From NCBI GenBank assembly GCA_965207385.1, contig CBDBLZ010000021.1, forward strand, positions 641,205 to 705,204: a DNA stretch of 64,000 nucleotides, read 5' to 3'. Origin of the DNA: Rhodothermales bacterium (lineage in GTDB: Bacteria > Bacteroidota > Rhodothermia > Rhodothermales > Bin80). The translations under genes and the position numbers were made by a program. Below are positions 20,884 through 30,093 of the stretch, in pieces. The first letter of the stretch is position 1. The number at the start of each line of letters is the position of its first letter. Below the pieces are notes generated by a model that saw only the letters and a list, made by a program, of their open reading frames with translations, was not told the DNA's origin and searched no databases.

Positions 20884-21153
20884 ATGATCAAGAAAAGGAT
20901 TTCTCGCTTACTCGTGTCGGTCCTCCTGACAGGGCTATTCTTAAGTCTAACGTTGGCTTCCTCTACCGCAGGCAAAGTCCCAGTCCCTGACTGCGGAGCT
21001 GATGCGATGCGCCGTTGTATCGCAGCAGGATGCGGGGGCGATGAGGTGGTGCTATGCGGTTCCACGACGTGTCTGGAATGTGTCGATTTTGCGGGTCTTT
21101 TTAATTTGGGTTGCTGGCTCAAGGACTTCTACTGTTACGGGGACTATCCATGA
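20884..21153 (+). CDS. exported Cys-rich mini-protein (cassette 2, copy B)
   Basis: 89 aa. Signal peptide MIKKRISRLLVSVLLTGLFLSLTLASS. Tail VPVPDCGADAMRRCIAAGCGGDEVVLCGSTTCLECVDFAGLFNLGCWLKDFYCYGDYP has 8 Cys. Its stop overlaps the next gene's ATG (ATGA at 21150-21153). Confidence 0.65.
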   Translation: MIKKRISRLLVSVLLTGLFLSLTLASSTAGKVPVPDCGADAMRRCIAAGCGGDEVVLCGSTTCLECVDFAGLFNLGCWLKDFYCYGDYP

Positions 21154-22166
21154 TCCGAACTCTGTCCTTCTTCTTGTGCCTGTCTTTGGTGTCGTGCCGC
21201 GCCACGCCAGCGGGACAAGATGGTACACGGCTCTTTGCCAAATTGTTGCTGTCGCCGGTCACGGAACAAGAAGCACAAGAACGGGAGTGGCGCGATGTTT
21301 CTCTCCGCCAGGTATTCAGCTTGCCAAGGTCACCGGATGTGTTGCTGTTTAACCCGGGAGAGATTACAGTTGATGCCGCAGGAAATATTTTCGTGACAGA
21401 TCACGCTGTGTTCAAGGTCTTGGCTTTTGATCAGGACGGCCACTATATCAGATCGTATGGAGAGGGAGAAGGAGAAGGGCCTGGTGAGTTGAGATCCGTA
21501 ATGAATACTGGATTAATCGGCGACACCACGCTTTTTGCCGTAGACTACGCTTCTAGGAAGATCTCATACTTCTCCAAAGATTCAGGAGCCTTTATTGAAT
21601 CTCGTACGATCACCGGAGTGCCCATTAGGCACACTGTTAGTACCGAAGGTGTCGCGTATACGCTGGTCGGTCGTACCGACTCGCTATTCCGATCCGAGAG
21701 TGGATCAGATGTGATCCAGTTCGGGGAATTGGTTGAGAATCAAATCTCACATGGCTTTAACCTGGCCTTAGGGTATATCGATACATACCGGGACAAGATG
21801 TTGCTCAGCCTAACCTACTTCCCAGTAATTGCGCAATACGAATCAGATGGGTCCCTCGTGTATGCGCGCACAACTCCGGACTATTTCGCGCAGTTTGACG
21901 AGCCGGAATGGGTGCGCACCGACTTTGCGGGAGCCATCGGTTTTCGTATTCAGGGCCAGGCGATTAACACTAGAAGCAGCGTGTACAACGATCAGCTTTT
22001 TGTGCATTCACGGAAAGCAGGTGCTATTGACGTGTTCGATGCCGAGACGGGTGACTACGGTTACTCCTTCCGGCTTCCACGAGATAGGAGTGCAGCGTAT
22101 GTTATGAACAATCGTCTGTATCAAGCGGAAGATACAACCGTAGTTGTATACTCATTTAGCTTGTAA
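21150..22166 (+). CDS. 6-bladed beta-propeller lipoprotein (NHL/DUF5128-like) (cassette 2)
   Basis: ORF 21111..22166. The likely start is MIRTLSFFLCLSLVSC (lipobox) at 21150. Blade motif DAAGNIFVTDHAVFKVLAFDQDGHYIRSYGEGEGEGPGEL. It is a paralogue of 13053..14198. Confidence 0.75.
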   Translation: MIRTLSFFLCLSLVSCRATPAGQDGTRLFAKLLLSPVTEQEAQEREWRDVSLRQVFSLPRSPDVLLFNPGEITVDAAGNIFVTDHAVFKVLAFDQDGHYIRSYGEGEGEGPGELRSVMNTGLIGDTTLFAVDYASRKISYFSKDSGAFIESRTITGVPIRHTVSTEGVAYTLVGRTDSLFRSESGSDVIQFGELVENQISHGFNLALGYIDTYRDKMLLSLTYFPVIAQYESDGSLVYARTTPDYFAQFDEPEWVRTDFAGAIGFRIQGQAINTRSSVYNDQLFVHSRKAGAIDVFDAETGDYGYSFRLPRDRSAAYVMNNRLYQAEDTTVVVYSFSL

Positions 22167-22168
22167 CG

Positions 22169-22675
22169 GTGAGTAGACCCGCATCTCGGACGCCGTTGAT
22201 AATGGAATGGGTCAGTTACGCTGTCCTATTGGTTACCATTGTCATGTTCGCTTGGACGGTTTTCGGACCGCCAGAACCCACACCGTATGTCGACGTTGGC
22301 GATAGCATTCAGGCCGTGAAAGGTATGGAAGGGGAGTGGCCGGGCGAAAGCCTGTTGTTGGTTTTGTCCCCGACGTGTTCTTTCTGCACGGGAAGCCTGC
22401 CGTTCTATAAGCAGTTGGTGGATCAGAGAGAGAGGGAGGTGAACATAATTGTTGCTATAGATACCAGTGCGTCTGCAACTTTGCAGCGGCGTCTACTCGG
22501 GCAAGCAGGGGTAGCTCCGGATACGACGATCGTAATTCCTACGGTAGACGATAGGGTTGTGTATGTCCCAACAATTATTCACGTAGATCAAGGAGCGATG
22601 GCAAAGAGAGTGTGGGTTGGCCAGTTGAATGGCGAACAGGAAGAAGAAGTACTGTCGATTGTACGAATGAAGTAG
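22169..22675 (+). CDS. membrane-anchored thioredoxin-like protein with CxxC (CSFC) (cassette 2)
   Basis: 168 aa with a GTG start 2 nt after the propeller stop. TM segment WVSYAVLLVTIVMFAWTVF. LLLVLSPTCSFCTGSLPFYKQL is a TlpA/ResA-type active-site context, and VPTIIHVD looks like a cis-Pro loop. Confidence 0.65.
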   Translation: MSRPASRTPLIMEWVSYAVLLVTIVMFAWTVFGPPEPTPYVDVGDSIQAVKGMEGEWPGESLLLVLSPTCSFCTGSLPFYKQLVDQREREVNIIVAIDTSASATLQRRLLGQAGVAPDTTIVIPTVDDRVVYVPTIIHVDQGAMAKRVWVGQLNGEQEEEVLSIVRMK

Positions 22676-23002
22676 CGCAATTGCGGAGCAATGGTCGCAA
22701 TACGTAAGGAAAACGGGCCGAGTACAGGGTGGAAATTCGCGCGATATAGCGGTTGAAGCCAGCCATACCATTTGCGGGGCCGGCCGGTCACTCGCGCGGG
22801 GGCACGGGTGGAGGATCAGCACCGGCGTAAATGGATAGGGCGACCGGCGACGTTTTGGACTTACGCCGGCGAGAGACTAGTAGTACGGGGACTCGAGGTC
22901 TGCTCTAAAGTGGATCGGCCGTTTGTTCGGTCAGTTCACAAGCGAGATGGTATGGGGGTACGCCATTGGGCGCATATTCTCTCTTCTGACCTGCTAGCCG
23001 AA

Positions 23003-24844
23003 CTACCAGCCGATGCCGTAGTCCTCGCCATGGTGGCTGGCGCCGCCCCACATAGTGCCGTGTTCCCGGTCAAAATAGATGGCCGTGATGGGGCCCGAGG
23101 TTCGATCGCTGAACGTAAGCCTGTATCCCATTTCACGGAGGCTTCGACGCACCCAAGGTGGTGTGTCGTCCTGCAACAGGAGCCGACCCGGCTGCACCTC
23201 ATGCTGTCCGAAGGACCCGCGCATCTGAAAGCTGTTGATATTGGCTGCCTCGACGGCTTCCTGTACATTCATGCCGAATTCCACCACGTTCAGGAAAAAC
23301 TGAACGAGATTCTGGTCTTGGCTGTCACCGCCCTGGACAGCAAATGACAGGTATGGCCGTCCGTCCTTGAGCGCCATGCCCGGCGTGAGTGTCGCGCGTG
23401 GCCGTTTGCCTGGTTCAGCGACGTTGTACGGGTTCTCCGCCGGATCTAGAACAAAACTCTGCATTCGCTGACTGAGACCGATTCCGGTACGGCCCGCTAT
23501 GGTGGCCGGTATCCATCCCCCGCTCGGCGTGACCGAAACAACCCAGCCTTCAGCGTCTGCAGCCTGGATGGACGTCGTTCCCGCGTAGAAATCCTCCTGG
23601 TATGCCTCGTCAAATACGGAGGCGGAAGCGCTGTCGCCCCATTTCTCCAGGTAGTGCAAAAAGGGGTTCTCGCCACCCTGAAACGGGTAAGGGTCCCCAG
23701 GCTTGGCCGCCGCGTCGTTCTGCTCCCAATCGATACCCTTGATTCGCTCCTTCGCATACTCCTTGGAAAGCAGACCCCGGAGCGGCTCTTCCGGCGGGAA
23801 GTATGGATCCCCGTAATAGAAGTCACGGTCTGCGAAAGCGAGATTCATCACCTGGTACAGGGCATGGATATACCGGGCGCTGTTGTATCCCATAGCCTGC
23901 AGGTCAAAGGGTTCCAGCATGTTCAGGGCCTGCAGCATCACTGGACCCTGTACCCAATGCGTAAGCTTGTAGACTTCAATATCGTTGTAGGTGGTCGTTA
24001 CGGGTTCTTCGATGTGGACTTGCCATTGGTCCAGATCTTCCATGGTCAGGAGGCCGCCCTGCTCTTGGGTGCCGCGGACGATCTCCTCTGCAATATCTCC
24101 ACGGTAGAATCGGTCGTATGCCGCGTAAATGGCTTCCTTGCGGCTCTTGCCTTCAGCAAGCGCCGCTTCCTCCGCCTCGATGAGTTGGCGCAGGGTACGT
24201 GCGAGGTCAAGCTGCCTGAAAATCTCGCCGGGCTTCGGGGCCTCGTATTCCTCGCCAAAGTGCGGCAGCAGGACAGCGCGCGAGTACGGCCACTCCTTTA
24301 TCCTTTCCTTGTTCTGCTCAATGCTGCGCGAGGCTTCCGCCTCAATGGGATACCCTTCTGCCATCTGCAGAGACGGTTCAAGCACGTCCTTGAGACTGAG
24401 CGTGCCAAATTCCGCAAGCATCACCATGAGAGCCCCCGGCGTACCGGGTGTCACGGCAGCCAACGGGCCGAATTCGGGCGGGTACCGGAGACCTTGCTCC
24501 GCGAAAAATGCGGCGGTAGCCCCGGTCGGCGCCACACCAAGACCGTTGATTCCGATTACCCTGTTCTCGCCGGGATGGTAGATCAATGCCTGCGTTTCCC
24601 CGCCCCAACTGAGCACATCCCACATGGTGGACGTGGCGCCGAGCATGGCGCAGGCGGCGTCGACCGCGTTGCCGCCCTTGGCGAACATGAGTGCGCCTGC
24701 GGTGGCGCCGAGCGGCTTGCCCGTTATCGCTACCCAGTGCTTGGCATGCAATACAGGCTTAGCGGTCTGCTGCGCCCGCGACGGCGCCGCAAGAGCAATC
24801 GCCAGGCCGAGCAGAACGGCGGGTGTAATCTTAAGTGGCGGCAT
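23003..24844 (-). CDS. ggt: gamma-glutamyltransferase
   Basis: 613 aa with a signal peptide. Motifs: GGNAVDAACA and GTTSIQAADAEGWVVSVTPSGGW (autoprocessing Thr region). Confidence 0.85.
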   Translation of the reverse strand: MPPLKITPAVLLGLAIALAAPSRAQQTAKPVLHAKHWVAITGKPLGATAGALMFAKGGNAVDAACAMLGATSTMWDVLSWGGETQALIYHPGENRVIGINGLGVAPTGATAAFFAEQGLRYPPEFGPLAAVTPGTPGALMVMLAEFGTLSLKDVLEPSLQMAEGYPIEAEASRSIEQNKERIKEWPYSRAVLLPHFGEEYEAPKPGEIFRQLDLARTLRQLIEAEEAALAEGKSRKEAIYAAYDRFYRGDIAEEIVRGTQEQGGLLTMEDLDQWQVHIEEPVTTTYNDIEVYKLTHWVQGPVMLQALNMLEPFDLQAMGYNSARYIHALYQVMNLAFADRDFYYGDPYFPPEEPLRGLLSKEYAKERIKGIDWEQNDAAAKPGDPYPFQGGENPFLHYLEKWGDSASASVFDEAYQEDFYAGTTSIQAADAEGWVVSVTPSGGWIPATIAGRTGIGLSQRMQSFVLDPAENPYNVAEPGKRPRATLTPGMALKDGRPYLSFAVQGGDSQDQNLVQFFLNVVEFGMNVQEAVEAANINSFQMRGSFGQHEVQPGRLLLQDDTPPWVRRSLREMGYRLTFSDRTSGPITAIYFDREHGTMWGGASHHGEDYGIGW

Positions 24845-24885
24845 GGATTAATTCGTGCTTTACACGGTGTTCAACGAGTAAGTCC

Positions 24886-26160
24886 TCACAGCGTGCGACG
24901 CAGGGCATCACTGCTGTCCAGATCTTCCAGTATGTGACCCATCCGGTCCCGTTTGGTCTGCAGATAGGACCGGTTGCATTTGTTTGCGGGCATTTCAATC
25001 GGGACCCGTTCAACGATCTCAAGTCCGTAACCGTGCAGTCCTATGCGCTTGGTTGGATTGTTGGTCATCAATCGCAGTTTCCTGATTCCCAGAGAGCGCA
25101 GTATCTGACAGCCAATGCCGTAGTCGCGGTGGTCCATGCGGAATCCCAGGGCTTCGTTGGCCTCGACGGTATCCAGGCCTTTCTCCTGCAGTTCGTAGGC
25201 CCGAAGCTTGTTAAGCAGCCCGATTCCCCGTCCTTCCTGCTTCATGTAGAGCACCACGCCCTGGCCATTATTGCTCACGCTTTCCATGGCGGTCCGGAGC
25301 TGCTCCCCGCAGTCGCATCGCTGGGATCCAAAGATATCTCCGGTGACGCATTGGGAGTGAACGCGCGTGAGGACGGGCTCCTCCTCGGTCCACGTGCCCT
25401 TGTAAAGGGCAAGGTGCACTTCACCGGCCAGACTGTCTTCGAAAGCGGCCAGGCTGAACTCGCCATACCGGGTGGGAAGCGTTACGTCGGCAACCTGCCG
25501 GATGAGCGTTTCATGCTGCATCCGGTAAGCGATGAGGTCGCTGATGGTGATGATGCGCATGTCGAAGCGCCGAGCGATCTTCATCAGCTCGGGCACGCGG
25601 GCCATGCTGCCATCCTCATTGAGAATTTCAACGAGAACACCTACGGACTTCAGCCCGGCAAGTGTTGCCAGGTCAACCGCAGCTTCCGTGTGGCCGGCCC
25701 GGCGAAGGGTACCGCCGCGCTGGGCCCTGAGGGGAAATACGTGCCCCGGGCGTGCAAAGTCCTCCGGGGCCGAAGCGGCGTCGGCCAGAGCCCGTATGGT
25801 CCGGGCACGATCGGCAGCACTGATGCCGGTCGTCGTGTTCCGCCGGTAGTCCACCGAGACTGTGAACGCCGTGTTGTAGAGTCCAGTGTTAGCTTCAACC
25901 ATCATTTCAAGACCAAGCGAATCCGTTCTTTCCTTGGTCATCGGGACGCAAATGAGTCCCCGGCCGAAGGTTGCCATGAAATTGACCAGGTCGGCTGTGA
26001 TGGTCTCGGCCGCTCCAATGAAGTCGCCTTCGTTTTCACGGTCCTCGTCGTCGGTTACGACGACCAGGCGGCCGCTGCGGATTTCGGCCACGGCATCTTC
26101 GACCGAATCGAAGCGGAAGGATGGGTGACCGGAATCCATGCTCCCGGGATTGTGCGGCAC
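24886..26160 (-). CDS. ribBA: bifunctional 3,4-dihydroxy-2-butanone-4-phosphate synthase / GTP cyclohydrolase II
   Basis: 424 aa. Motifs: VVVTDDEDRENEGDF, RAGHTEAAVDLA, and then VHSQCVTGDIFGSQRCDCGEQL..EGRGIGL. Confidence 0.9.
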   Translation of the reverse strand: MPHNPGSMDSGHPSFRFDSVEDAVAEIRSGRLVVVTDDEDRENEGDFIGAAETITADLVNFMATFGRGLICVPMTKERTDSLGLEMMVEANTGLYNTAFTVSVDYRRNTTTGISAADRARTIRALADAASAPEDFARPGHVFPLRAQRGGTLRRAGHTEAAVDLATLAGLKSVGVLVEILNEDGSMARVPELMKIARRFDMRIITISDLIAYRMQHETLIRQVADVTLPTRYGEFSLAAFEDSLAGEVHLALYKGTWTEEEPVLTRVHSQCVTGDIFGSQRCDCGEQLRTAMESVSNNGQGVVLYMKQEGRGIGLLNKLRAYELQEKGLDTVEANEALGFRMDHRDYGIGCQILRSLGIRKLRLMTNNPTKRIGLHGYGLEIVERVPIEMPANKCNRSYLQTKRDRMGHILEDLDSSDALRRTL

Positions 26161-26170
26161 CGGTAGGGTG

Positions 26171-26482
26171 TTACTTCGGCGTCACGTTGGCGATGGCGCT
26201 CTTCTCGACGCGAAGCTTTACGTTGGTGGCAACTTCCATGAGCACACTTGCATCGTCAACCTTGGTCACGATGCCGTGGATGCCACCTGCGGTTACAACC
26301 TTGTCGTCCTTGCGCACCGCTGCGATCATAGCCTTGCGCTTGTCCTCGCGTTTCTTTTGCGGGCGTATGATGAAAAGGTAGAAGACAATGAAGATGAGTA
26401 CTAGCGGAACCAGCATTCCGAAAGGGCCAAAGGTTCCACCTTCAGCTTGCTGTGCCGCCGCCATTACGGGCAATAGTTTCAT
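26171..26482 (-). CDS. yajC: preprotein translocase subunit YajC
   Basis: 103 aa. Contains FIVFYLFIIRPQKKR..VVTAGGIHGIVTKVDD. Confidence 0.85.
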   Translation of the reverse strand: MKLLPVMAAAQQAEGGTFGPFGMLVPLVLIFIVFYLFIIRPQKKREDKRKAMIAAVRKDDKVVTAGGIHGIVTKVDDASVLMEVATNVKLRVEKSAIANVTPK

Positions 26483-26760
26483 GAGAATAGGTCAGGCTTT
26501 TCGGCTGGCATGGAAAATACGATCAGACCGCCTTAGGCGCAGCTACGGGAGAATTGGGTAACAGCAGCTGAAAGGGCCAAGTGTGTCGGGTACTTGGAGA
26601 AACGTGGCCAAAATAAAGAAGGGCAAGCTCCCCGCATCGCGTCGCTGCAACCTCCTACCGCTGCTGCCTTCCGGCCCTGACGGGGTTCAGAGGGAGCTGA
26701 CCGCACGGGACTTACCCTTCTTTTCACATCAACAGGGACCACTTGGGGCAGTTCCCGGAG

Positions 26761-29211
26761 CTAGTCGAGTCCCATTGGATCCACGTTTGCCGAAATGCGG
26801 TATCCGGCGGGAGGGCGCCCGAATGCCTCCAGAGCACCGCGGACGGTGCGCGAAAGGCTGGATTCAGTCTTGGGGGCTTTCAGCAACGCCTGGTACCGGT
26901 ACTGCTTCTTGATGCGCGCCACGTATGCTGATCCGGGACCGAGAACGTCTACCGAGCGCGGCAACTCCCTTTTGAGCACATTCGTGCATTCATGGGCAAG
27001 CCGGGCCACGCGCGCCTCTTCCGGCCCCTTGAACTCCATGGCTACCAAGCGCCCGAAGGGCGGGTAGCGGAGCGCGCGGCGTTCCTCCAGGGCAACTTTC
27101 GAAAAGCCGACATAATCGTGTGACAGCAGGTAATGAAATACCGGGTGATCCGGGCGATAAGTCTGCAGCAGGACCTCGCCCTTCAGCTCAGCGCGTCCAG
27201 CGCGTCCGGCTACCTGCATCAGGAGCTGAAAAGTGCGCTCCTCCGCGCGGTAGTCTGGCAGGTGCATGCCCACGTCGGCGCCCACAACGCCGACGAGCGT
27301 GACCCGGCGGAAGTCCAGGCCCTTGGCGACCATCTGTGTTCCAACCAGGATGTCGGCGTCACCCCTTCCGAATCGGTCCAGTATTCTGGTGTGGGCATCC
27401 TTTTGATGGGTGGTGTCCAGATCCATCCGCACGACGCGAGCCTCGGGCAGCATTTCAGCCAGCTCTTCTTCCACTCGCTGGGTACCGGCCCCGCGCTGTT
27501 CCATCTCGGTCGCGGAACACTTCGGGCAAATGGCAAGGGGCTTGCGCGTACCGCCACAGAAATGACATCGGAGCTGCAAGCGCACCTTGTGATACGTAAG
27601 CGTTACGGAGCAGTCGCGGCAGGTTGGCACGAAGCCGCAGTTGCCGCACTGCATGACCGGCGCATAGCCTCTGCGATTCTGCAGCAGGATGATCTGTTCC
27701 CCGCGTGATAGTCGCGTCCTGATGGCCTCGCGCAGGGGCTCCGAGACAGCGCCGTGCAGGCGGTGCTTTTTGCTCTCCAGCGTCAGGTCAATAATGCGAA
27801 CATCCGGCAACGAGGCCAACATGGGTCCGCTAACCGGTACCCTCTCCGGCATCTCCAGCAGCTTGTATTTGCCGGAGGATGCATTGTTGAGGCTTTCCAG
27901 GCTAGGCGTGGCGGAGCCAAGCACGCAAACAGCGTCCTGCATGCGCGCACGCATAACCGCCACATCCCTTGCATTGTATCGGGGGGCGGGTTCCTGCTGC
28001 TTGTACGAGGCCTCCTGCTCTTCATCTACGACGAAAAGTCCAACGTTTGCCAAGGGTGCCAGCACGGCGGACCGAGGACCGATTGCAATACTGTAGCGCC
28101 CCTGCCTGAGGTGTCTCCATGCATCATAGCGTTCGCCAAGGCTCATGCGCGAGTGGAGCACGGCAACCCTGTTGCCAAACCGGTGCCGAAAGCGCCGGAC
28201 GGTCTGGGGCGTAAGGGCGATCTCCGGCACGAGAATAATGCCCGTCTTGCCACGCTCCAGCACGCGGGCAAGGGCTGCAATGTAGACTTCCGTTTTGCCA
28301 CTACCGGTCACACCGTGGAGCAAGAAGGTCTGGAAAGCTCCGCGGTCCACAGCTTCCTCAATGCACGCAACCGCAGTCTTCTGAGACGGATGGAGCGACA
28401 CCGGAGCCGGTGCTCGCCCGGCGGAGAACTTCGGCAAGCGCGTGGCTTCAAGCCGAATGACTTCTATCAGTCCCTTCTTGGCCAGGCTGGCGGCGGAACT
28501 GTGGCTGGCATCCGCCCGGCGGAGGACTTGTCGGCGCGCAGGAGTATCGACACCTTCCTTGACGAAGGCATCCATGGCCGCGAGGATGGCTTTCTGTTTC
28601 GGCCCCCGCACGTCGTCATGTCCTTCGATACCCGCGACCAATCGAAGATGGTCTTCGAATCTTGGCCGTACTCTTGGTCCCCGCGCCGCAGATTCAATAC
28701 TGATCAATCCGGCACTTTCCAGGCGTCGCAGCAAGGCTATCGGCACATCCAGCCCCGCATTGCGCATGCCTGCACGCGTGGCTTCCGGGTGCCGTTTCAG
28801 GTACTGGAAGATCGGACCCGCCTTGGGATGGGCCTTGACCTGAATGTCCGGTTCGCCGGTGGCACGAATCGTGAGGACAACCTGGCTGTCGATGCCGCTT
28901 GGAAGCGCCGCCCGAATGGCCTCCCCCCATCCGCAAATGTAGTAGCTGGCAATCCATCTCGTAAGCCGCAGCAGGTCCCGGGTCAGCAATGGTGCTGCAT
29001 CCAGAACGTCAGAGATCGGCCGTAGTCGCAGCTTTTCGTCTGTCTCCGAACTCTTGTCGACGATGACGCCCGTGATGCGACGCCCGTGGAAGCCTACCTC
29101 AACGCGGCATCCGACATTTGCCACATCCCGGAGTTCTTCCGGGACCAGATAGGTGAATGTACGGGCGAGGGGAAGTGGCAGCGCAACGCGCACTGTCAAC
29201 GGAGGACCCAC
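26761..29211 (-). CDS. priA: primosomal protein N' (replication restart helicase PriA)
   Basis: ORF 26761..29346. Motifs: LLHGVTGSGKTEVY, a DEEQE box, and a Cys4 zinc region CGNCGFVPTCRDCSVTLTYH..CHFCG. A GTG at 29211 avoids overlap with the upstream GNAT gene. Confidence 0.85.
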   Translation of the reverse strand: MGPPLTVRVALPLPLARTFTYLVPEELRDVANVGCRVEVGFHGRRITGVIVDKSSETDEKLRLRPISDVLDAAPLLTRDLLRLTRWIASYYICGWGEAIRAALPSGIDSQVVLTIRATGEPDIQVKAHPKAGPIFQYLKRHPEATRAGMRNAGLDVPIALLRRLESAGLISIESAARGPRVRPRFEDHLRLVAGIEGHDDVRGPKQKAILAAMDAFVKEGVDTPARRQVLRRADASHSSAASLAKKGLIEVIRLEATRLPKFSAGRAPAPVSLHPSQKTAVACIEEAVDRGAFQTFLLHGVTGSGKTEVYIAALARVLERGKTGIILVPEIALTPQTVRRFRHRFGNRVAVLHSRMSLGERYDAWRHLRQGRYSIAIGPRSAVLAPLANVGLFVVDEEQEASYKQQEPAPRYNARDVAVMRARMQDAVCVLGSATPSLESLNNASSGKYKLLEMPERVPVSGPMLASLPDVRIIDLTLESKKHRLHGAVSEPLREAIRTRLSRGEQIILLQNRRGYAPVMQCGNCGFVPTCRDCSVTLTYHKVRLQLRCHFCGGTRKPLAICPKCSATEMEQRGAGTQRVEEELAEMLPEARVVRMDLDTTHQKDAHTRILDRFGRGDADILVGTQMVAKGLDFRRVTLVGVVGADVGMHLPDYRAEERTFQLLMQVAGRAGRAELKGEVLLQTYRPDHPVFHYLLSHDYVGFSKVALEERRALRYPPFGRLVAMEFKGPEEARVARLAHECTNVLKRELPRSVDVLGPGSAYVARIKKQYRYQALLKAPKTESSLSRTVRGALEAFGRPPAGYRISANVDPMGLD

Positions 29212-29252
29212 TCGTAAGTCATGCTGGCGTGTGCCCGGGCGCTCCGCTACAG

Positions 29253-29939
29253 CTATTCCTTCTCCGGATCGTACAGCATGCCCGTGCAAAGACACATTTT
29301 CCGCTTCATGCGAGTAAGCACGTCGTAGTTGGGACAGCTCTGGCAACCCTCCCAGAACACGTCGTCCGACGTGAGCTCGGAAAATGTTACGGGCTTGTAA
29401 CCGAGCTCGGAGTTGATCTTCATTACGGCAAGGCTGGTGGTAATGCCGAACAGCTTCGCGTTCGGATACCGCTGGCGTGACAGCTCAAAGGCCCGCTTCT
29501 TGATGCGCTTGGCCAGTCCTCGCTTGCGGAAAGCCGGAGCCACGATCAGTCCGGAATTAACGGCGTACTTGCCGTGGCTCCACGTTTCGATATAGCAGAA
29601 ACCGGCCACTTCTTCACCGCACAGCGCAATGATGGCCTTGCCCTCTGCCATCTTCCGCCGGATATACTCGGGTTCGCGCTTGGCAATGCCCGTGCCGCGC
29701 GCCGAAGCGGCCTCCTCGATCAGCTTGCACACGGTGTCTGCAAACGTGTGGTGCTCTGGACCCGCAACGACCACTATAATATCTTCTGCCTGAGCGGTCG
29801 GCTCTGCTTCCGCAACGGCCGGTGCTGATGGTGCGTTCACGTTACACACGGTTGGAATGAAGTCCAAGTAAAAGCGTATTTGGGCCGGGAGTTTCGATGT
29901 TGCTTGAACCGATACCGGAATAGATGAAGGAATGTCCAT
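29253..29939 (-). CDS. GNAT family N-acetyltransferase with Cys-rich C-terminal tail
   Basis: ORF 29253..30002 with a likely start at ATG 29939. The acetyl-CoA site reads LIVAPAFRKRGLAKRI. The C-terminus reads FWEGCQSCPNYDVLTRMKRKMCLCTG. Confidence 0.7.
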   Translation of the reverse strand: MDIPSSIPVSVQATSKLPAQIRFYLDFIPTVCNVNAPSAPAVAEAEPTAQAEDIIVVVAGPEHHTFADTVCKLIEEAASARGTGIAKREPEYIRRKMAEGKAIIALCGEEVAGFCYIETWSHGKYAVNSGLIVAPAFRKRGLAKRIKKRAFELSRQRYPNAKLFGITTSLAVMKINSELGYKPVTFSELTSDDVFWEGCQSCPNYDVLTRMKRKMCLCTGMLYDPEKE

Positions 29940-30093
29940 CTTGCGCGCTCGATGTTCCGCGCCAGGCAGAAGCTTGCCCCTACTGCCAATACGAGTTTCC
30001 AATGCAGAAGAGCTCTCGCTCCATCATGGCCATTGTCATGGCACTGCTGCTGGTCTGGCCGATCCTTGAGCTGCTGAAGCTGGTTTTTCGAAG

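Noticed and set aside
23654-24937. Long ORFs antisense to well-supported genes. Examples: 23654-24937 (+) opposite ggt, 24835-26166 (+) opposite ribBA, 27754-29025 (+) opposite priA, 37127-38137 (+) opposite the radical SAM gene, 9020-10057 (-) opposite the ThuA-mosaic gene, 18810-19643 (+) opposite DUF1553, and 74-490 (+) opposite pdxB.
   Set aside because: They are R/G/A/P/H-rich with no recognisable motifs, and each fully overlaps a gene with strong family signatures. This is typical of stop-poor antisense frames in high-GC DNA.
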